Assembly: GCA_002733735.2 (NCBI GenBank)
Contig: NVWT02000006.1
Coordinates: 1-44,244 of the forward strand
DNA: 44,244 nucleotides
Source: Robiginitomaculum sp.
GTDB taxonomy: Bacteria > Pseudomonadota > Alphaproteobacteria > Caulobacterales > Maricaulaceae
Direction: 5' to 3'
Made by a program: the position numbers and the translations under genes
Part shown: positions 8,063-17,275 of the stretch, piece by piece
How positions within the stretch are numbered: position 1 is the stretch's first letter
Layout of the letters: every line of letters begins with the position of its first letter
Notes under the pieces: model-generated
Told to the model about the DNA's origin: nothing
What the model saw: only the letters and a program-made list of their open reading frames with translations
Databases searched by the model: none

Positions 8063-9337
8063 CTAGATAAACATCTGTTGCAACAAGCCTTTTTTGAAGG
8101 TCTTGGCGTGGGTGAATTCGGTGGCGATGAGGTCGATTTTTTGGTCAATGGCGGAGAGAAAGTCAGCGATTATTTTTTGTTCGAGGAGGGAGGGAAGTTC
8201 TACGGAAATTTTCATCAGGGCAACCTTTGACATATTAAACCGTGTGCTTCCTTGAGCTAGGCGAACTATTTTTTTTCTGAAAATTGGTTCACGGAAAGCA
8301 AACTGCAAGTAATTTGGATTTGCTAAATTCAAATCGGGTCGATAGCCAAAACAAAAACTGTTTAGATACATTTCCTCGACGTTATCGAGTAGTGCTGAAG
8401 CGGTACCAATCTCCATAGGGGTTTCAGACGAAGTTGTAAAAAACACATCGCCATATTGAACTCTGTTTTGTTTTTCTCCATTTTCAATTTCCACAAACCC
8501 ACACCCAGTGATGTCAATTTTTGAACCACTAAATATTTGCATGTATTGTATATATGGTTCTCCAACACCAAAGCTTTCCTTTGTTTTACCCGTTAATCCA
8601 CCAAACGTTTCACCCAGCTCCCCCAACCGTTTTTCCTCCCAATCAGGGAAGTCGTTCCCCTCACTGTCCTTAAACCGAAGCTGTTGCGAAAACAGCTTTT
8701 GCATCATGCCTTTTTTGTATTGCTCCAGCAGGGATTTTTTGCAGGTGAGTTGCTCAATCTTGCGATCCACCGAGGACAAAAACGCCGCGATTTTTTGTTG
8801 TTCGGGGAGGGTTGGGGCATGGACTAGAAAATTTGAAATGGTACCAAGGTTTAGCCCTGCCTTGGCTCCAGCATCATTCAGCCGGTTGAATTTTTTTGTA
8901 TTAGAGTTTCTTGCAAGGTTTTGAGCTAAAAACCTTGGGTGAGCTTTGCTGACGGTCGGTCTAACAAGAGCGGTGTGTTGGTTAATATATGAATCCCCAA
9001 TCCCATCAGGCACGATCCCAATTTTTCCAAGCTCAGCAGTTATTGAGATTAAAATGTCGTCCGCATGAATTGATGTGCGAGCACCCTCATGCCCACTTAC
9101 AGGTAACGAGACAAATTTGAGGTCAGAAAGATCAAGATCAACAGCTTCCCCTCGTTGAAGATTGGTCATTCGAATAAATTTGTCACCTTTTAGTGCGTAG
9201 AATTGTGCCCAATCTCTGGAACCGCTTGTAATTTTTTCTGAAAGTTCGCTTATGGTAACTCCCTCCCACTCTCCAGAAAACTCAGGAAAACGCAAGGCTG
9301 GCACGTTATGCTGTTGTGTGGTTGCTACGGTCATCAT
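8063..9337 (-). CDS. hsdS: type I RM specificity subunit (HsdS), two target-recognition domains
   Basis: The N-terminus is LRFPEFSGEWE. The two conserved helical spacers are LPEQQKIAAFLSSVDRKIEQL and LLEQKIIADFLSAIDQKIDLI. It has a 4-nt overlap with hsdM. Confidence 0.9.
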   Translation of the reverse strand: MMTVATTQQHNVPALRFPEFSGEWEGVTISELSEKITSGSRDWAQFYALKGDKFIRMTNLQRGEAVDLDLSDLKFVSLPVSGHEGARTSIHADDILISITAELGKIGIVPDGIGDSYINQHTALVRPTVSKAHPRFLAQNLARNSNTKKFNRLNDAGAKAGLNLGTISNFLVHAPTLPEQQKIAAFLSSVDRKIEQLTCKKSLLEQYKKGMMQKLFSQQLRFKDSEGNDFPDWEEKRLGELGETFGGLTGKTKESFGVGEPYIQYMQIFSGSKIDITGCGFVEIENGEKQNRVQYGDVFFTTSSETPMEIGTASALLDNVEEMYLNSFCFGYRPDLNLANPNYLQFAFREPIFRKKIVRLAQGSTRFNMSKVALMKISVELPSLLEQKIIADFLSAIDQKIDLIATEFTHAKTFKKGLLQQMFI

Positions 9338-10902
9338 CGTGAAAAAGGGCTAGCAATACTTAGCTCTGCACAAAACCCGGCAATGGTTTTATCAGTTTCC
9401 TGCATGTCGCTTTCCAGCGCGTGCAGTTCTGCCGCGACGGCGTCGATATCAACCTGCTCTTCATCTTCAAACGTATCAACATAGCGCGGGATGTTGAGGT
9501 TATAATCGTTTTCGGCAATCTCAGACATCGGTGCCACGTAAGAATATTTGTCGATGGTTTCGCGGTTTGCGTAACTTTCGACAATCTTGGCCACATGTTC
9601 GTCGGTTAGCGCGTTTTGATTGCCGACTTTTATAAACCCCTCACTGGCATCTATGAAAAGGATATTATCATCATGCACCCGGCATTTTTTGAACACCAGA
9701 ATACAGGCCGGAATACTCGTGCCATAGAAAAGGTTTGCCGGCAGACCGATCACCGCATCAAGATAGTTTTGCTCTTTGATGATGTATTGACGGATTTTAC
9801 CCTCTGCCGCACCGCGAAACAGCACCCCGTGCGGCAGCACCACGGCCATAGTGCCGCTATCATTCAATTGGTAAATCATATGCTGAACAAAAGCAAAGTC
9901 GGCTTTGGAGGTCGGAGCCAAGGCTCCATACTGACTAAAGCGATCATCAGTCTCGTTTAACGGGTTGTCCTTGCCTTTCCACTTGGCGGAAAATGGCGGA
10001 TTAGCCACCACTGCATCAAAACGTTGTTCCAGATGTTGCGGATGCTCCAGCGTGTCTTCTTGTTTGATATCAAACCGGCTAAAATGCACATCGTGCAAAA
10101 TCATGTTCATCCGCGCCAGATTGTAGGTGGTGCGGTTCAGCTCTTGGCCAAAAAACTCGCCCACTTCCGCCTCTCTGGCAATACGCAACAATAGCGAACC
10201 CGACCCACACGCCGGATCATAGGCGTTTTTGATGCGTTTTTTATCCAGTGTCACAATTTTAGCCAGAATTTTAGAAACCTGTTGCGGGGTGTAAAATTCT
10301 CCGGCCTTTTTACCCGCCCCGGAAGCAAATTGCGCGATCAGATATTCATAGGCATCACCCAGCACATCAGAATCCGCATCCTCCAATGCGAAATCAATCT
10401 TGTTAAGGTGTGAAAGCACTTTGGCAATCAGGGTGTTACGCGCCTCGACCGAGCGACCCAGCTTGGTGCTGTTCAGATCAAGGTCTTCAAACAGCTGGTT
10501 GAAATCGTCCTCTGATTCCGTGCCCATCGTACTTTGCTCGATGGCGTTCAAAATGCCTTGCAAATCTTCGAGGATGAAATTGCTCTGGCCTTCCACATCG
10601 GCATTGCCGCGTTTTGTGATGGCGGCAAACAACTCTTCGGGGCGCAGGAAATAGCCCAGCTTGATCAGGGACTCTTCGCGGATCGCATCAATATCGTCTT
10701 GGTCAGTTACAGCCGGGTAGTTTTTAACAGTTTCGGTTTCCAGCAATTTGTTGGCAAACAGGTGCTGCTTCTCCGAAAGGTATTTATAGAAAATAAAGCC
10801 TAAGATGTAATCGCGAAACTCGTCCGCCGACATTTTCCCACGCAACTCATTGGCGATATTCCATAATTGTTGCTCAAGCTTCTTTTTTTGGGCTTCTGTC
10901 AT
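9334..10902 (-). CDS. hsdM: type I RM N6-adenine DNA methyltransferase (HsdM)
   Basis: It has the HsdM N-domain pattern (LWNIANELRGKMSADEFRDYILGFIFYKYLSE), SAM motif DPACGSGSLL and catalytic NPPF (VVANPPFSAKW). Confidence 0.92.
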   Translation of the reverse strand: MTEAQKKKLEQQLWNIANELRGKMSADEFRDYILGFIFYKYLSEKQHLFANKLLETETVKNYPAVTDQDDIDAIREESLIKLGYFLRPEELFAAITKRGNADVEGQSNFILEDLQGILNAIEQSTMGTESEDDFNQLFEDLDLNSTKLGRSVEARNTLIAKVLSHLNKIDFALEDADSDVLGDAYEYLIAQFASGAGKKAGEFYTPQQVSKILAKIVTLDKKRIKNAYDPACGSGSLLLRIAREAEVGEFFGQELNRTTYNLARMNMILHDVHFSRFDIKQEDTLEHPQHLEQRFDAVVANPPFSAKWKGKDNPLNETDDRFSQYGALAPTSKADFAFVQHMIYQLNDSGTMAVVLPHGVLFRGAAEGKIRQYIIKEQNYLDAVIGLPANLFYGTSIPACILVFKKCRVHDDNILFIDASEGFIKVGNQNALTDEHVAKIVESYANRETIDKYSYVAPMSEIAENDYNLNIPRYVDTFEDEEQVDIDAVAAELHALESDMQETDKTIAGFCAELSIASPFSR

Positions 10903-11057
10903 GCGATACTTTCAAATTATGATTCTCTAACCTTCAGACTATACCAAAAATTACGCACGGCCATAATAAATCGGGGTTGATAGTTTGCACCTAAACGGAT
11001 CATCCGACTCGACTCTTTGCCCCAAATTCGTATCGTTGAGGTCTAATCCCCTTCAAC

Positions 11058-12761
11058 ATGAAGCTGGCCATAGCCCTCTTACGTGTATCGACGGACAAAC
11101 AGTTTCATCATGGCGATTCGATAGATACCCAAAAGACGCGGGTGGACCATGCCGCTGAGCGCGATGGTGCTTCTATTATCAGCTATTTCACCGAACACTA
11201 TTCCGGGCGGAAAACCAACCGGGTGGTCATTGAGGACATGCTCGCCTTTTTGGACGAACATACGGGCGAAATTCAAGTGGTCTATATCGTCCAGATCGAC
11301 CGCTTTACGCGAGCCGGTAGTGAGATGTATCTCTACTTGAAGCGTCAATTGCACAAACGTGGTGTCGATCTACGCGATGCCATGGGGATCATCCAAAAAT
11401 CAATCAATACGTTGGAGCACGTTGGTTTTGAATACGATTGGTCGATTACCTCTCCCAGCCAGACGGCGGAGGTCATGCAGGCCGAATATGCCAATCAAGA
11501 GGTCAACCAGATTTTGACCCGAACCATTGGACAGCAAATCAAACTGGCCCAAGAGGGATATCAAACCAGAAGCGCCGAGATGGGCTTTCGGAACGTCAAA
11601 ATCACTCGGCAAAATGGGCGCAAAGCCACCATCATGGAGCCGTTGGAGCCGGAAGCCAGTTGGATACGCGCCTTATTTGAGTTGCGCGCCGCTGGAGCGC
11701 TTTCCGATGAAGCCATCTGCGATAAAATCAATGCGATGGGCTATAAAAGCCGGATTATGCACCGCCGGGATAAGAGCACAGGCGAGGTGATCGCCATCAC
11801 CGGGAACAAACCGCTCAGCCCCAAACAACTGCAACGGTTAGTCGCCAAGCCCATTTATTGCGGCGTTCGGGTAGGCAAGTGGACCCACAACCAACCGATC
11901 AAAGCCCCATTTGATGGGCTGGTATCCATGTCGCTCTTCAACCGTGCCAATCATGGGGCGGTGGTTCTCTCAGGCTCAAAAGGGGGTGATCTAAGCATTG
12001 AACATGGGCAATCTCGTAAACACGCAACGCACCTAAATAACCCAGACTTTTTATTGCGGCATGTGGTGATGTGCCCAAAATGTGCAAAACCTTTTTGGGC
12101 TTCCAAGTCACGCGGTAAGAGCGGCCAGTACTTTGGTTACTTCCACTGTGCCCGTGCGCACAAATCTGTCAGCATATCCCAATCAGAGTTCCAAAAGACT
12201 ATTGGCTGTTATCTGGACAAGCTGGAAGCCAAGCCGGGTTTCTTGGGTCTGTTCAAAGAAGTAGTGCGTGAAACTTGGATCGCCAAAAACAAGAGCCGCC
12301 AAGAGGAATTTGAAGCCATCGATAAACACATCAAAACACTGGAATTGCGTCAGCAAAATATTCTGGATCGCATAACCGTTTCTGGTTCAACCTTGGTCCA
12401 GAAAAAGCTTGAACAAGAGATTGAAGACCTTGAAGGCGCGATCAAATCCGCCAAAAAAGAACGCTCGGAAGCGGACCTTGGCGAAGAGCAAATTGAACAG
12501 TTTTTTCAACGGGCAAAAAACAGACTGGAACACCCCAAAGATTATGGACTAGCGGCCAGTACAAAAGGCGAAACCGTCAAAACTTGGCAGACAATTTTCG
12601 CTCACCCGCCGACCTTTGATGAATTGAAGTCTGGAACACCTCAATTGACGCTCCTATACCGGCTTAACCGCCACATTGGTTGTGACAAGAAACAGTTGGC
12701 TGCGCACCTGTCCGTAAACTGGAACACCTTTGTGCGGGAGGTGGAGCATCAAATTGAGTAA
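11058..12761 (+). CDS. large serine recombinase
   Basis: The 567-aa protein has an N-terminal resolvase catalytic domain (ALLRVSTDKQ with the catalytic Ser). This is followed by a recombinase domain, a Cys-rich zinc-ribbon region (CPKCAKPF...HCARAH) and a coiled-coil C-terminus. Confidence 0.85.
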   Translation: MKLAIALLRVSTDKQFHHGDSIDTQKTRVDHAAERDGASIISYFTEHYSGRKTNRVVIEDMLAFLDEHTGEIQVVYIVQIDRFTRAGSEMYLYLKRQLHKRGVDLRDAMGIIQKSINTLEHVGFEYDWSITSPSQTAEVMQAEYANQEVNQILTRTIGQQIKLAQEGYQTRSAEMGFRNVKITRQNGRKATIMEPLEPEASWIRALFELRAAGALSDEAICDKINAMGYKSRIMHRRDKSTGEVIAITGNKPLSPKQLQRLVAKPIYCGVRVGKWTHNQPIKAPFDGLVSMSLFNRANHGAVVLSGSKGGDLSIEHGQSRKHATHLNNPDFLLRHVVMCPKCAKPFWASKSRGKSGQYFGYFHCARAHKSVSISQSEFQKTIGCYLDKLEAKPGFLGLFKEVVRETWIAKNKSRQEEFEAIDKHIKTLELRQQNILDRITVSGSTLVQKKLEQEIEDLEGAIKSAKKERSEADLGEEQIEQFFQRAKNRLEHPKDYGLAASTKGETVKTWQTIFAHPPTFDELKSGTPQLTLLYRLNRHIGCDKKQLAAHLSVNWNTFVREVEHQIE

Positions 12762-12787
12762 GTTTCTCAAAAAAACAATGGCTGATT

Positions 12788-14497
12788 TTAAATTTTCTCC
12801 TGAAGACGATCAATATAATCAATTACGTTTTTTATTTTTCCCCAATTTAAAACTGATTCATGGATTTCATTCGTGTGCATGATAGCATTTCTAATGGGGC
12901 CAATTTCTTTAGTATCAAGATCAAGTCCACGTTGATTTTTTTTGGATTTACCCGCATTTTTAGTTCTGATTTTGCAGTCAATTACTTCGCCAAGGCCGAA
13001 TAGGTCTAGGTAATTAAGATAGTGCTCATTAGCAACAATATTGCCCTTAAGGGCATGTCTCTCTTCATCACTGTGACGTAACCCTTTTATTGACCGGATC
13101 GTGTGTAAAATGTCTTTTTCTTGTTCAGTTCCGCCTTCCAAATCAGACTCACTGATGTTTTTAAGTTTAATGTACTCTCGAAATATATTTTCTAAAATAA
13201 ATAAATCCTGATAAACAATGGTATTGTTATGGGATAGGCTTTTAAGCTTCTTTTTTAGAGATTTCTTAAGCTGCGGGTCTTTTATATCCTCGTCAATTTT
13301 ATCTTTAAAATCTTTCTCTCTTCTGTTTTTACTCTCTTCCATCCTGACGACGTAACCTGGCCTATTATCATGATTTATATCTCCTTCTTCTCTAATTTCC
13401 ACTCGCCAAGGAGTCCAATCTTGGATGACTATTTTTTGAATTTCTCTTAACTTTTCCAAAAAAGCTTGATACAGCGGATCATCTTTAATCACCCCTTCTC
13501 TAGAGCTTGTAAAACGGTCAATTTCTTCATCTTCAAAACCGTCCACATGCACTTCCCCATAAAGATACTCTTCGGTTAAAGCCTTAGTTGTTATTTCATC
13601 AAATAAATTTTCTTGGCGCAATCTTCCGTTACAGAATAAATTTATACTTGCCCTGAAATCACCCCCTGAACCTCGAAGCAGCAAATTGCTAGCGACTTTC
13701 ACTGAGGCTATGAAGCCCCTTACCTCTATCTTTTGTTCTTTAAACTCAAACGCTGTTTTTTTTATAGTTTTTTCTCTTTCAATCGCCGGATACCTAGATT
13801 TAATATTTTCGTCCTGATTATTTAGATACCAAATAAACTGGGTATTATCATTTAGCTCCTTGAGGTCCTCAATTGTAACTTCTTTATTGTTTACAAAAAT
13901 TTGGAATTTATCTCCTTTTTCAAGGCTAAACATAAAATTAAACTGAGTGGCCAGATATTTTCTAATAATATCTTCACTATTAATTCGCCCCTTAATGCCT
14001 TCAAAAATAATTCGCGTCCCTTTTGGCCGTGTGTTTATTGATTGGGCTTCTCGCTCTGGCAAAGCTTCAAGGCTATATTTTCCGTCTTTTTTAATTTCGC
14101 GATCCAGAACAGTATTGTTTACCACCCCGCCTACAGCCTCTACATCCTTTTTCTTAGATATTATGCTTACCTTTTGCGATATAGATAGCATAGCAAGTTT
14201 ACCGATCCCTTTTCTCCCTATAACGCTTCGTTTTGATGTATTATCTGGATCGTCTCGCCTTGAATAACCCACTTTTAAAAACCTACCCCTAAAGTCAGCC
14301 TCGTCCATTCCTTTTCCATCATCATCAATAACTAAGCGGTCTCTTTCAATCGTAATATCCACTCTCTCAGCTCCTGCATCCCAAGCATTTGAGACAGCTT
14401 CTGCAATCACTGTCGCAAAACTTCGATATAGCCCTCTACCTAGGTGGTTTAGTACCTCTAAGGAAAATTCAAATTTAAATGGCTCAGCTTTAGACAT
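12788..14497 (-). CDS. GHKL (MORC/MutL-like, HATPase_c_3-type) ATPase with a C-terminal HEPN-like domain
   Basis: Bergerat-fold motifs are EAVSNAWDAG (N box), DDDGKGM (G1) and GRKGIGKLA (G2). The C-terminal helical region ends in GPIRNAIMHT (R-N-x3-H, i.e. R-x4-H), preceded by YLNYLDLFGLGEVI as in Swt1-like HEPN domains. It has an 8-nt overlap with the upstream methyltransferase gene. Confidence 0.7.
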   Translation of the reverse strand: MSKAEPFKFEFSLEVLNHLGRGLYRSFATVIAEAVSNAWDAGAERVDITIERDRLVIDDDGKGMDEADFRGRFLKVGYSRRDDPDNTSKRSVIGRKGIGKLAMLSISQKVSIISKKKDVEAVGGVVNNTVLDREIKKDGKYSLEALPEREAQSINTRPKGTRIIFEGIKGRINSEDIIRKYLATQFNFMFSLEKGDKFQIFVNNKEVTIEDLKELNDNTQFIWYLNNQDENIKSRYPAIEREKTIKKTAFEFKEQKIEVRGFIASVKVASNLLLRGSGGDFRASINLFCNGRLRQENLFDEITTKALTEEYLYGEVHVDGFEDEEIDRFTSSREGVIKDDPLYQAFLEKLREIQKIVIQDWTPWRVEIREEGDINHDNRPGYVVRMEESKNRREKDFKDKIDEDIKDPQLKKSLKKKLKSLSHNNTIVYQDLFILENIFREYIKLKNISESDLEGGTEQEKDILHTIRSIKGLRHSDEERHALKGNIVANEHYLNYLDLFGLGEVIDCKIRTKNAGKSKKNQRGLDLDTKEIGPIRNAIMHTNEIHESVLNWGKIKNVIDYIDRLQEKI

Positions 14498-15524
14498 GGT
14501 TTTGTTGAAAATGCTCCTTAATTGTCTTGCCTATTACAAACCCCAATCGTGGCGGAACCGCATTGCCAATATGTTTTGCGGTGCGGGTCATTGATATTAT
14601 TTTCCCAAAATCATAGCCCTTGGGAAAAGTCTGGAGTAAGGCGCCCTCTCTCAATGAAAGAGCTCGATCTTGCTCAGGATGGCCGAAACGCCCAGAGCCA
14701 TAGTTGAAAAATTGGGTGGTCATAGTTGGCGAGACATTTTCCCAACTCATCCGCCCATAAACAGATACATAAGTTTTGCCACTTGCCTTTCGATAGCAAT
14801 TTGGAAGAAGTTCTTTATCCCAATCCTTCCAAGAACCACTGGGCTTCGATTGCCTAATTCTTTTCAGATTTAGTTCATTTAAGTTCTTTACACAGTGAAC
14901 GTGGTCTTTTTTATCTACTTCTCCAACTCTCAATGGCGGTAGCTTTCCGATAATATCTTGAACCGTTTTGTATTTATTTTTTGTATGTGTTGGGCTTGGG
15001 ACCTGAATTTTGCCAATTTTTGACCCCATTAGGACAAGACGACTCCGACTTTGCGGGATACCATAATCAGGGCAATATACAATTTTGAAATCTATTGAGT
15101 AGCCAAGCTTTTCTAGTTCTTGAATAAAATTGTCAAATATTCTTGTTTTCGTGATGCCGCGTACATTTTCCATAGATATCACATGCGGATCAAGCACCCG
15201 AACGGCTTCTATAAAGTAATCTATTAGATTCCAGCGAGTGTCTGATTCTCTATTTTTATTTTTGTTGGTGTGAGACGAAAAAGGCTGACAGGGTGCGCAC
15301 CCGACCAATACTCGCAAGCTATTTTTTGAATAAAGTTTTTTTAATTCCCGAAAATCATACTCAGCAATATCAGCCGATATAAATTTTGCACCGTTATTTT
15401 TTTCATATGTGAACGAACAGGTCTCGTCGTTATCAAGACCCGCCAGCACATCTATATTTGCCTCTCGTAGGCCGCAGGTTAGCCCCCCAATGCCGCAAAA
15501 TAAGTCTATGGCTTCAATTTTCAT
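14490..15524 (-). CDS. DNA (cytosine-5)-methyltransferase
   Basis: Motif I is DLFCGIGG. The motif IV catalytic Pro-Cys is GCAPCQPFS. Motif VI is ENV, motif VIII is QSRSRL and motif X is GNAVPP. Confidence 0.9.
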   Translation of the reverse strand: MKIEAIDLFCGIGGLTCGLREANIDVLAGLDNDETCSFTYEKNNGAKFISADIAEYDFRELKKLYSKNSLRVLVGCAPCQPFSSHTNKNKNRESDTRWNLIDYFIEAVRVLDPHVISMENVRGITKTRIFDNFIQELEKLGYSIDFKIVYCPDYGIPQSRSRLVLMGSKIGKIQVPSPTHTKNKYKTVQDIIGKLPPLRVGEVDKKDHVHCVKNLNELNLKRIRQSKPSGSWKDWDKELLPNCYRKASGKTYVSVYGRMSWENVSPTMTTQFFNYGSGRFGHPEQDRALSLREGALLQTFPKGYDFGKIISMTRTAKHIGNAVPPRLGFVIGKTIKEHFQQNHV

Positions 15525-15577
15525 AATCCTATTGTAATGCTTTTTTTTGTTTACAAAAGGGGGCGCGTCACATTTAT

Positions 15578-15775
15578 TTAGCGAGAGTTTTCCTCATACG
15601 CCAACTCAGCCACGTCGCGCATGAGTCGTAAGATTTCTTCAATGTCCCCGTCTGAATAATTCCTGCCGATCATGCCCAAGGCTTTGCGGGCTTGGGGCAG
15701 GGTCAAACGTGTGCCGGTTCTGGTTTTTTGTTTTTGCATAAAGCCATGATCGGTAGAGCATGGCTGGAGTAGCAA
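15578..15775 (-). CDS. small hypothetical protein (start may be the internal Met at 15739)
   Basis: The 53-65-aa ORF is co-oriented between the DUF3768 and methyltransferase genes. No motif was recognised. Confidence 0.3.
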   Translation of the reverse strand: MLLQPCSTDHGFMQKQKTRTGTRLTLPQARKALGMIGRNYSDGDIEEILRLMRDVAELAYEENSR

Positions 15776-15793
15776 GAGCTTTGCCGGGCTGGC

Positions 15794-16126
15794 TTAGTAT
15801 TCGTCGGCCCGCATAATGGTCAAAACCCGCCGAGTGACGTTTGGATCAGCCGTGTCGGGCGATAGGCCTTTGTAAGCCGTATCGTAGTAATCCACTTTGA
15901 AAAAGAAGTTCACCTCATCTATCGTTACCCGACCAAAATCATGTTCGTCATAGGGATCATTGTCTTCACTAAAATCAGAAAATTTCCGAATCGCTGACAA
16001 GACATTGGCGCGGACGCTATGGCTGAGGTTTTGCACCCCTAAAGTTAGCAGAATATCGCCCCCGATGCCTTCCGTTCTGAGGGTGTCATTGAGCCGGGCA
16101 ACCGTAGCCGAATTAGAATTTTCCAT
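15794..16126 (-). CDS. DUF3768-family protein
   Basis: The 110-aa protein reads RLNDTLRT...GGDILLTLGV...DNDPYDEHDFGRV...FFFKVDYYD. This is the pattern I associate with DUF3768 proteins of plasmids and islands. Confidence 0.7.
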   Translation of the reverse strand: MENSNSATVARLNDTLRTEGIGGDILLTLGVQNLSHSVRANVLSAIRKFSDFSEDNDPYDEHDFGRVTIDEVNFFFKVDYYDTAYKGLSPDTADPNVTRRVLTIMRADEY

Positions 16127-16132
16127 GGAGGA

Positions 16133-17275
16133 TCATATTACATAATCCCCCATTTCGGCGTCAAAATTTGCCGTCGATGTTGGCTTTTCATCAGACCCAT
16201 TTGTGTCAATTTGGCGTAACAGCTTATCCAACGCCGCCACGGATTTTTCCATGTGATCTGGGCTGTAAGGGGCATAGCGTTCCGTCATACTAAACTCGCG
16301 CGATTTGTGGCCAAGTTGAGCGGATACATCCCACGCGGGCACACCCTCTTTGCGCATCCAGCGGGCCGCTGTGTGGCGTAAGCTATATGGATTGACCTGC
16401 ATATCCAATTCGACCTTGGCCCGGGTTCTACGCCAAGCAGTTCGTATCGTTGATACCTCTTTTCCGCGATAGCTGATAACCGGGCCCGTTTTTGGATAAT
16501 CCCCATTGTTCCAATAGCGCTCTTTAAGCGCTGGCGGGAGTTTCACCGTCGGGCGATGTTTCTTGTTTTGCTTTCGCCCCAGCGGGTTTAGCAAGATCAA
16601 ATTATTCTCAAAATCAACCTGCTCCCAAGTCATATCGGTAATGGCTTCCGGGCGTGCTGCCGTGCCCAACATCCAATAGATAAAATCCACCAAATGCGTT
16701 GAAGTCGCTCCTTCGGTCAGTTTGCGAATTTCAGAAGGCTCCAAAGGACGACCTTTGGGGTCGGCACTCCCCTTTTCTAGCATGGCAATATGCGGACAAC
16801 TTTTAATTTCTCCGCGTTTCCAAGATCGATTGATCGCGGCGCGACCCACGGACAAATTGCGATTGATGGTGGTGTTGACCTGCCCTCTAGCGCGTAGCCA
16901 ATGATGAAAACCCTCTTGCAAAGGAATGGAGGCCAGATCGCCCACACTGATATCACCAAAAAAATCGAGCCAGTACCGGATAGCCAGACGGATGCGCTGT
17001 TCGGTTCGGATATGCTTCCCGTGATGCTCATAATAGGCGCTAAGGACACTGGCCAAGGAAACTTCGGCTGGTTCGGCTTGTTCCGGGCGTTGATGGTTGA
17101 TGAACCAAGCGGTTAAGCGCTCTTTGGCTTGCTCATAGTCCGAAGTACCGAGTGAAGCGCGGTGGGTCCGTCTATTTTGTTTGTCGAGCCAAGTGCGGTA
17201 GTAGGCCGGTGATCCGCTTCGCTGGCTAAGCCAGTAGTCTCCAAGTTGAAATTTGCGTTTTGTGTAACGTGACAT
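16133..17275 (-). CDS. tyrosine-type site-specific integrase
   Basis: I place the start at the ATG at 17275 (MSRYTKRKFQLGDYWL...) rather than at 17455. Catalytic signatures are TAARPEAI (Arg), YSLRHTAARW (H-x-x-R) and LGHKS...TERYAPY (His...Tyr). Confidence 0.85.
   Translation of the reverse strand: MSRYTKRKFQLGDYWLSQRSGSPAYYRTWLDKQNRRTHRASLGTSDYEQAKERLTAWFINHQRPEQAEPAEVSLASVLSAYYEHHGKHIRTEQRIRLAIRYWLDFFGDISVGDLASIPLQEGFHHWLRARGQVNTTINRNLSVGRAAINRSWKRGEIKSCPHIAMLEKGSADPKGRPLEPSEIRKLTEGATSTHLVDFIYWMLGTAARPEAITDMTWEQVDFENNLILLNPLGRKQNKKHRPTVKLPPALKERYWNNGDYPKTGPVISYRGKEVSTIRTAWRRTRAKVELDMQVNPYSLRHTAARWMRKEGVPAWDVSAQLGHKSREFSMTERYAPYSPDHMEKSVAALDKLLRQIDTNGSDEKPTSTANFDAEMGDYVI

Noticed and set aside
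4434-10803. Numerous 60-180-aa plus-strand ORFs inside hsdR, rhuM, hsdS and hsdM (for example 5406..5909, 6063..6596, 7691..8230, 8508..8924, 9616..9960)
   Set aside because: They are antisense shadows of long minus-strand genes with unmistakable family motifs. Their sequences are low-complexity and lack motifs.
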